DNA of 64,000 nucleotides from Mobula hypostoma. Its lineage: Eukaryota. Every line of letters starts with the position of its first letter. The first letter of the stretch is position 1. Shown here piece after piece: positions 59,363 to 64,000 of the stretch. The notes beneath the pieces were generated by a model. It was not told the origin of the DNA, searched no databases, and saw only the letters and a program-made list of their open reading frames with translations. A program made the translations under genes and the position numbers. The stretch is from NCBI RefSeq assembly GCF_963921235.1, contig NC_086108.1, positions 85,314,001 to 85,378,000 of the forward strand. Direction: 5' to 3'.

Positions 59363-59451
59363 GCTCCTTAGCTTCCGTTTGGTACTCCCACTCTTAATAA
59401 TTTCTGCTGATTGTATTAAGTGATCCAATGCAACGAAGCATGGGAGCTAGA

Positions 59452-59710
59452 ACTTCTTCCCTTCTTCCCCTCTGTCATCTGATTCCTAAATGGACTGAAC
59501 CCATGTCCACTAACTCACTTTAAAAAAAATATTATTTCTGTTTTTACACTACTTTTAACTTAGCTATTCAAAATACATATCGAAACCTACTCTATTTGTT
59601 TACTTTTTAAACTTTTTTTCTGTATTATCATGTATTGCATTGTACTGCTGTTGCTAAGTTAACAAATTTAATGACATATGCCAGTGATATTAAATCTGAT
59701 TCTGATTCCG
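59452..59710 (+). mobile_element. Rex1-type 3' UTR
   Basis: Matches 3840-4087; ctgattctgattc tail. Confidence 0.8.
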
Positions 59711-62499
59711 GAAAACCCATCCTACATGGAGTGTGATTATACTGTATAAAAAAAAGACCTGTCATTATGGAAAGCAAGTGTCTTTCTGATGTTAAGGTTA
59801 ACCAAATTTAACCCTGGACCCAACTTCTCCTAATTTAACAGGCTGGTGTTATATTCTGAAGTTTATTGTTCTTCAGGTTTGATATGTCTTTCTAAAATTC
59901 ATATCAAATGCATTAAGAAAACAAAAATATTTGCATCACAACAAAATTTAGATGCTTTCATCAGCCAATATTTTAAGGGGTGTTGTTTCAACAGGACATT
60001 GTTCAGTCAAAACAAGTTGTGTTGAATCTATATATTCAATGGCACTGTAGTATAAGGGTTGATTTACGGCTTCATGATTATATCATTAATGGGTTTCTTT
60101 CAACTAAAGTAAAGTTCTAAGTGTGTCATTATGTCTAAAATTGATTTATTGAATAATTTATGCAGTGTTTATGCTGTTCTAAGGTCAGAACAGGACACCC
60201 GGATTAGATGATGCATTTAAAAACTAAAGCTTAGTTTTTGCTTTATAAATATTACTGCCTTGATTTTAACTTGGAGCAGGAATAGGTAATAACTCAAGAG
60301 CTTCCTGTTGGTTTCAACATTCCTAGTCTTCCCAACTCCAGTAGGAAATTACAGCTCCTATGGTGCCCTGTAACAAGACCAAAGCCTGAGGTGGCTATTT
60401 AAAGATGGGCTGTTCTATCTTCAGAAGGTCATTCAATGTAGAAGCAGATTAAGAATGGAGTCAATGGGCCGAATGGCCTAACTCTGTTCCTATGCTTTAT
60501 GGTCTTATGGTCTAAGCTACAGACGATGGGATTGGTATGGGATAATGCTTGATACATCTCCTGGTCAATTGCTGTAGGTGGATGATTAAGTTCCAGGTAA
60601 GCTTTATGTGGTGACACAGGGCAAAAAATTGATGGACTAAGGATGAAAAGAAGAAATTGCCAATGTGAAGCCATTGAACAAGTGATCATGTAGAGAATGT
60701 TTTCTTCGTAATTGACCTTAAATTAGTGGCTATGCATGCAATCGAGCAGGATTATTGTCTTGCTTGTTACGCTCAGTTTTGTTTTGAAAAGATAAATGAT
60801 TAGCATGTCTGAGCAGTAAAAGTGAATCATACATGATACTGTGGAACCTGGACACATCTCTTTGGGTGCCAAGAGCTTGCCTTACACACCAACGTGCATC
60901 AACTTCTCCAGTATCTCTTCCTGTTGTGCAGACATTACCTATTAGAAGAGAGTGCGTTGTGACTGTTGGTTCCCTGGGTCAGAGAACTATCCTGTAGCTC
61001 TTTAAATATAAAGTTTGAGTACAACACCAGCATGACAAGTTTTGGACAAAGTTGTTACCAAGTAAGAAGAGGGATGTCAGTTGAAACATGTTGACTGGAG
61101 AAATTGTTTTGGAGATTTGGTTAGGTTGTTGCTATCTATGCTGCTTCATTCCAGGGAGCCCCAGGAAAAAGATGTTGTGCTCCATGAGGTAATGCATCCT
61201 TCTTGAGAGGGGAAATAGTGAGCACATTGTCATTTGCTAACAAGGTCCATGCTCAGCGTATCTGAGGCTGACTGATCAGCAGGATGTTTTGGTAAAAAAC
61301 TAATGAAATAACGACATTTAAATCCAAAGAAGGGGGTTCCCAGAGGTGAAGTTATTTGCAAGTTTGCCTCCAGGAGATGTGTCAACCTCTTTTGTAAAAC
61401 AGAAGCACACGTGGCAGGTTTCCTGAGATGCTCAGGGAAGACTTCCTGAAATAGCAAAATTGTCTTGGTCTAGGTCCAAGTAAAGCATAAGGTTAAATGC
61501 TGTGCCTTTCTAGTTCCCCTGAGAAATGAATGCTCTTTGAGTTTAAGCATGCTATTGGAAATCTTGCAATGAATTACTGTAATGGCCTCTGGCTTTTGCA
61601 AATTAATAGGTCTCAAAACAAAACAGGAAGAAACAAATTTTGAATTAAGACTTAGACAATGACAAAGCTAATAAAATGGACCAAATAAAATTCCACACCA
61701 GGAAAAAGTTCAGCAAGTAAAAAGAAGAACTGCTCACTTTTGGAGGACAAACCCATCTGATCAGCTCTGTGTGCTGCTGAATACTTTACTGGCCAAAAGT
61801 TGACAAAGTACATTAAATCCTATGTACAACAAAGTTAAATATTTCTGAGGCTTTTCCTGTTACTGTCTGTAAAGTTACTTTTAATAAAAATTGAAAGTCA
61901 AGTGCGATAGACAGCAAGTCCTATTTCTTTTCACAATTTTGTCCCTAGTGAAATCCCAACAAGTAACAGAATCCTGTAAAATTGAAACTTAAAAGAACAT
62001 CTCTTGCCTTAAATCCAGGAGGCAATACTTTTTTTGCAATTATTATTTTTTTGTTATAAATCAATGCACATGGCTGAGTATATTGTGCTGCTAAAATAAT
62101 TTTCTTGCTCTGCGGGAACTTTTCCAATATCTGCACTTTCTAAAGTGAGTGGCACCATGCTGTGCCTGATTTGGCCTTCTTCCACCTGCTTCCTTGATCT
62201 TATGGGAGTTTCAAACTCTGCGTGCCAATTAGTCACATCTCTTTACATTATAAGCCAGCTGTCGCCTTGTAAAGCCCTCCTGTTCTCAGGAAGTGGATGC
62301 CTCTAAATCATTTTTTATATAATTTCAAGGAAAACTTCTTGTTTCTTGCTACTACAGTAACTGTGTCTCAAAAAATGAGTTTTTCTCCAATGAACCTTGC
62401 TCTATTAATCCATCCATCCTATATCCAAATTTACCATCGAAAGAAATGAGCATCCAGCCCAGAGTTGCGATTTCTGGTTGTTCTTCCTGAGGGAATGAG

Positions 62500-64000
62500 A
62501 TGAATGAGTGGGTGAGGAACTTGTGTAGGGGATAGGATTTCAGATTTCTGGACTGCTGGGGAAGGTATGATCCTGTACAAAAAGGATGGGTTACAACTGA
62601 GCCCGAGCAGGACCAATATCCTTATGGGCAGGTTTACTAGAGTTGTTGGAGAGGATTTTAACTATTTTAGCAGGGCGAAGGCAACTGGTGTGATAGGGCT
62701 GAGGATGGAGCAATTGGTATACAAGACAACTCATTGTGTAGGGTGAGGATAGACAGGCAGATGACAGGGCAAAATTACAGTTAGTGGGATGAGTTGAAGT
62801 GTAACATAGGGACAAAATCAAAAAGGGTGATGAATTCAGGACAGAAGATGTTATATTTGAATGCATGCAGTATATGGAATAAGGTAGATGATCTTGTAGC
62901 ACAGTTAGAGATTGGCAGGTATGATGCTGTGGGCATTGCTGAGTTGTAGCTGAAAGAAGATCATAGTTGGGAGCATATCATCCATGGATACATTTTGTTT
63001 AAAAAGGACAGGCAGGTAGGTAGAAGGGTTGTGGTGGCTCAGATGGAAAAAAGTGAAATGAAATCCTGAGAAAGAAGTGACATAGAATCAGAAAGTGTAG
63101 AATCCTTGTGGGTAGAGTTAAAAAACTGCAAGGGTAAAAAGACCCTGATGGGAGTTATGTACAGACCTTCAAACAACCTAGAATGTGGGATATAAATTAC
63201 AATGGGAGCTAGAAAAGGCATGTAAAAAGGGCAATGTTACAACAGTCATGGGGATTTCAATATGCAGGTAGTTTGGGAAAATCAGGTCGGTGCTGGATCC
63301 CAAAAGAAGGAGTTTATAGAAAGCCTGTAAGATGGATTTCTAGAGCACTTTGTGGTTGAACTCACTACGGGGATCAGCAATTCTGGGTTGAGTATTGTGT
63401 AATGAACAAGATTTGATTAGAGAGCTTAAGGTAAAGGAACTTTTAGGAGACAGTGATCATAATATGATAGAATTAACTCTGCAGTTTGAGAAGGAGAAGC
63501 TAAAGTCAGTAGGGAAAAGGGAATTACAGAGACATGAGAGAAGAGCAGGCTGATGTTGATTTGAAGGGGACACAATCAAGAATGCCAGCAGAATAGCAAT
63601 GGATAGAGTTTCTAAGGGAAATTCAGAAGATGCAGGATAAATACGTCTCAAAGATGAAGAAATATCCTAAAAGGAGGAAGAGGCATCCTTGGCTGACAAA
63701 GGAAAGCATAGGAGGAAAAGAGAGGCCATAGCAAAAATTAATTGCAAGTTAGAGGGTTGAGAATTTTTTGAAAACCAATGGAAGGCAGCCAAAAAAGTAA
63801 CAAGGAGAGAAAAGATAGCCAATAATATAGCAAAGGATGTTAACCAAGTGCCAGAAGAGTCTCAAGGGGCCAAAGTAAGTGTAATTGCTATTGCTAAGGA
63901 GAAGGTGCTCGAGAAGCTGAAAGGACTGAAGGTAGATAAATCACCTGAACCAGATTGACTACACCCAAGCATTCTGAAACAGGTAACACAAGAGATTGTG
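62500..64000 (+). mobile_element. Degraded CR1 LINE: ORF1 GDSL/SGNH esterase C-terminus and ORF2 APE region, running off the window
   Basis: YKKDGLQLSPSRTNILMGRFTRVVGE; LYLNACSIWNKVDDLVAQ, ESLWVELKN, MYRPSN, GDFN, SDHNMIEL. Many stops; same family as 21301-22622. Confidence 0.9.

Noticed and set aside
60830..61460. Very old CR1 ORF1 remnant
   Set aside because: Only scattered motif-like hints; too degraded to support by eye.
1..64000. Numerous 60-130 aa ORFs in the track as host genes
   Set aside because: Many start at TTG/GTG, have low-complexity composition, or are antisense or off-frame to transposons. I found no convincing exon chain or known domain.

Overview
Eukaryotic, repeat-saturated DNA with no recognisable host protein-coding exon (intergenic or deep intronic). 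The mix of transposons suggests a cartilaginous fish, probably a ray or skate; this is inference only. The mix is CR1 with a GDSL-esterase ORF1, Rex1/Babar, RTE, Penelope-like elements with minimal hammerhead ribozymes, V-SINE/Deu-type SINEs, Tc1 and Tigger. Most short ORFs in the supplied track are spurious or are transposon fragments. Main elements: (1) a full-length, decayed 4.46-kb Gypsy LTR retrotransposon (35287-39748, minus strand, GAGGG TSD). It has no tRNA primer-binding site; the PBS position is instead complementary to its own LTR across the AATAAA signal (candidate self-priming and/or polyA occlusion). Its RT reads YLDN and it has no chromodomain. (2) A near-intact Penelope RT/GIY-YIG copy, plus more than a dozen hammerhead-bearing pseudo-LTR derivatives, several of them fold-backs. 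(3) An apparently full-length RTE LINE interrupted by an 851-bp solo LTR. (4) An RT-less CR1 that keeps an open endonuclease ORF. (5) Several nested insertion stacks. (6) Transposon-free islands with perfect PBX/MEIS motifs that may be conserved enhancers. Family names come from motif recognition by eye, not database searches, and boundaries of old fragments are approximate.
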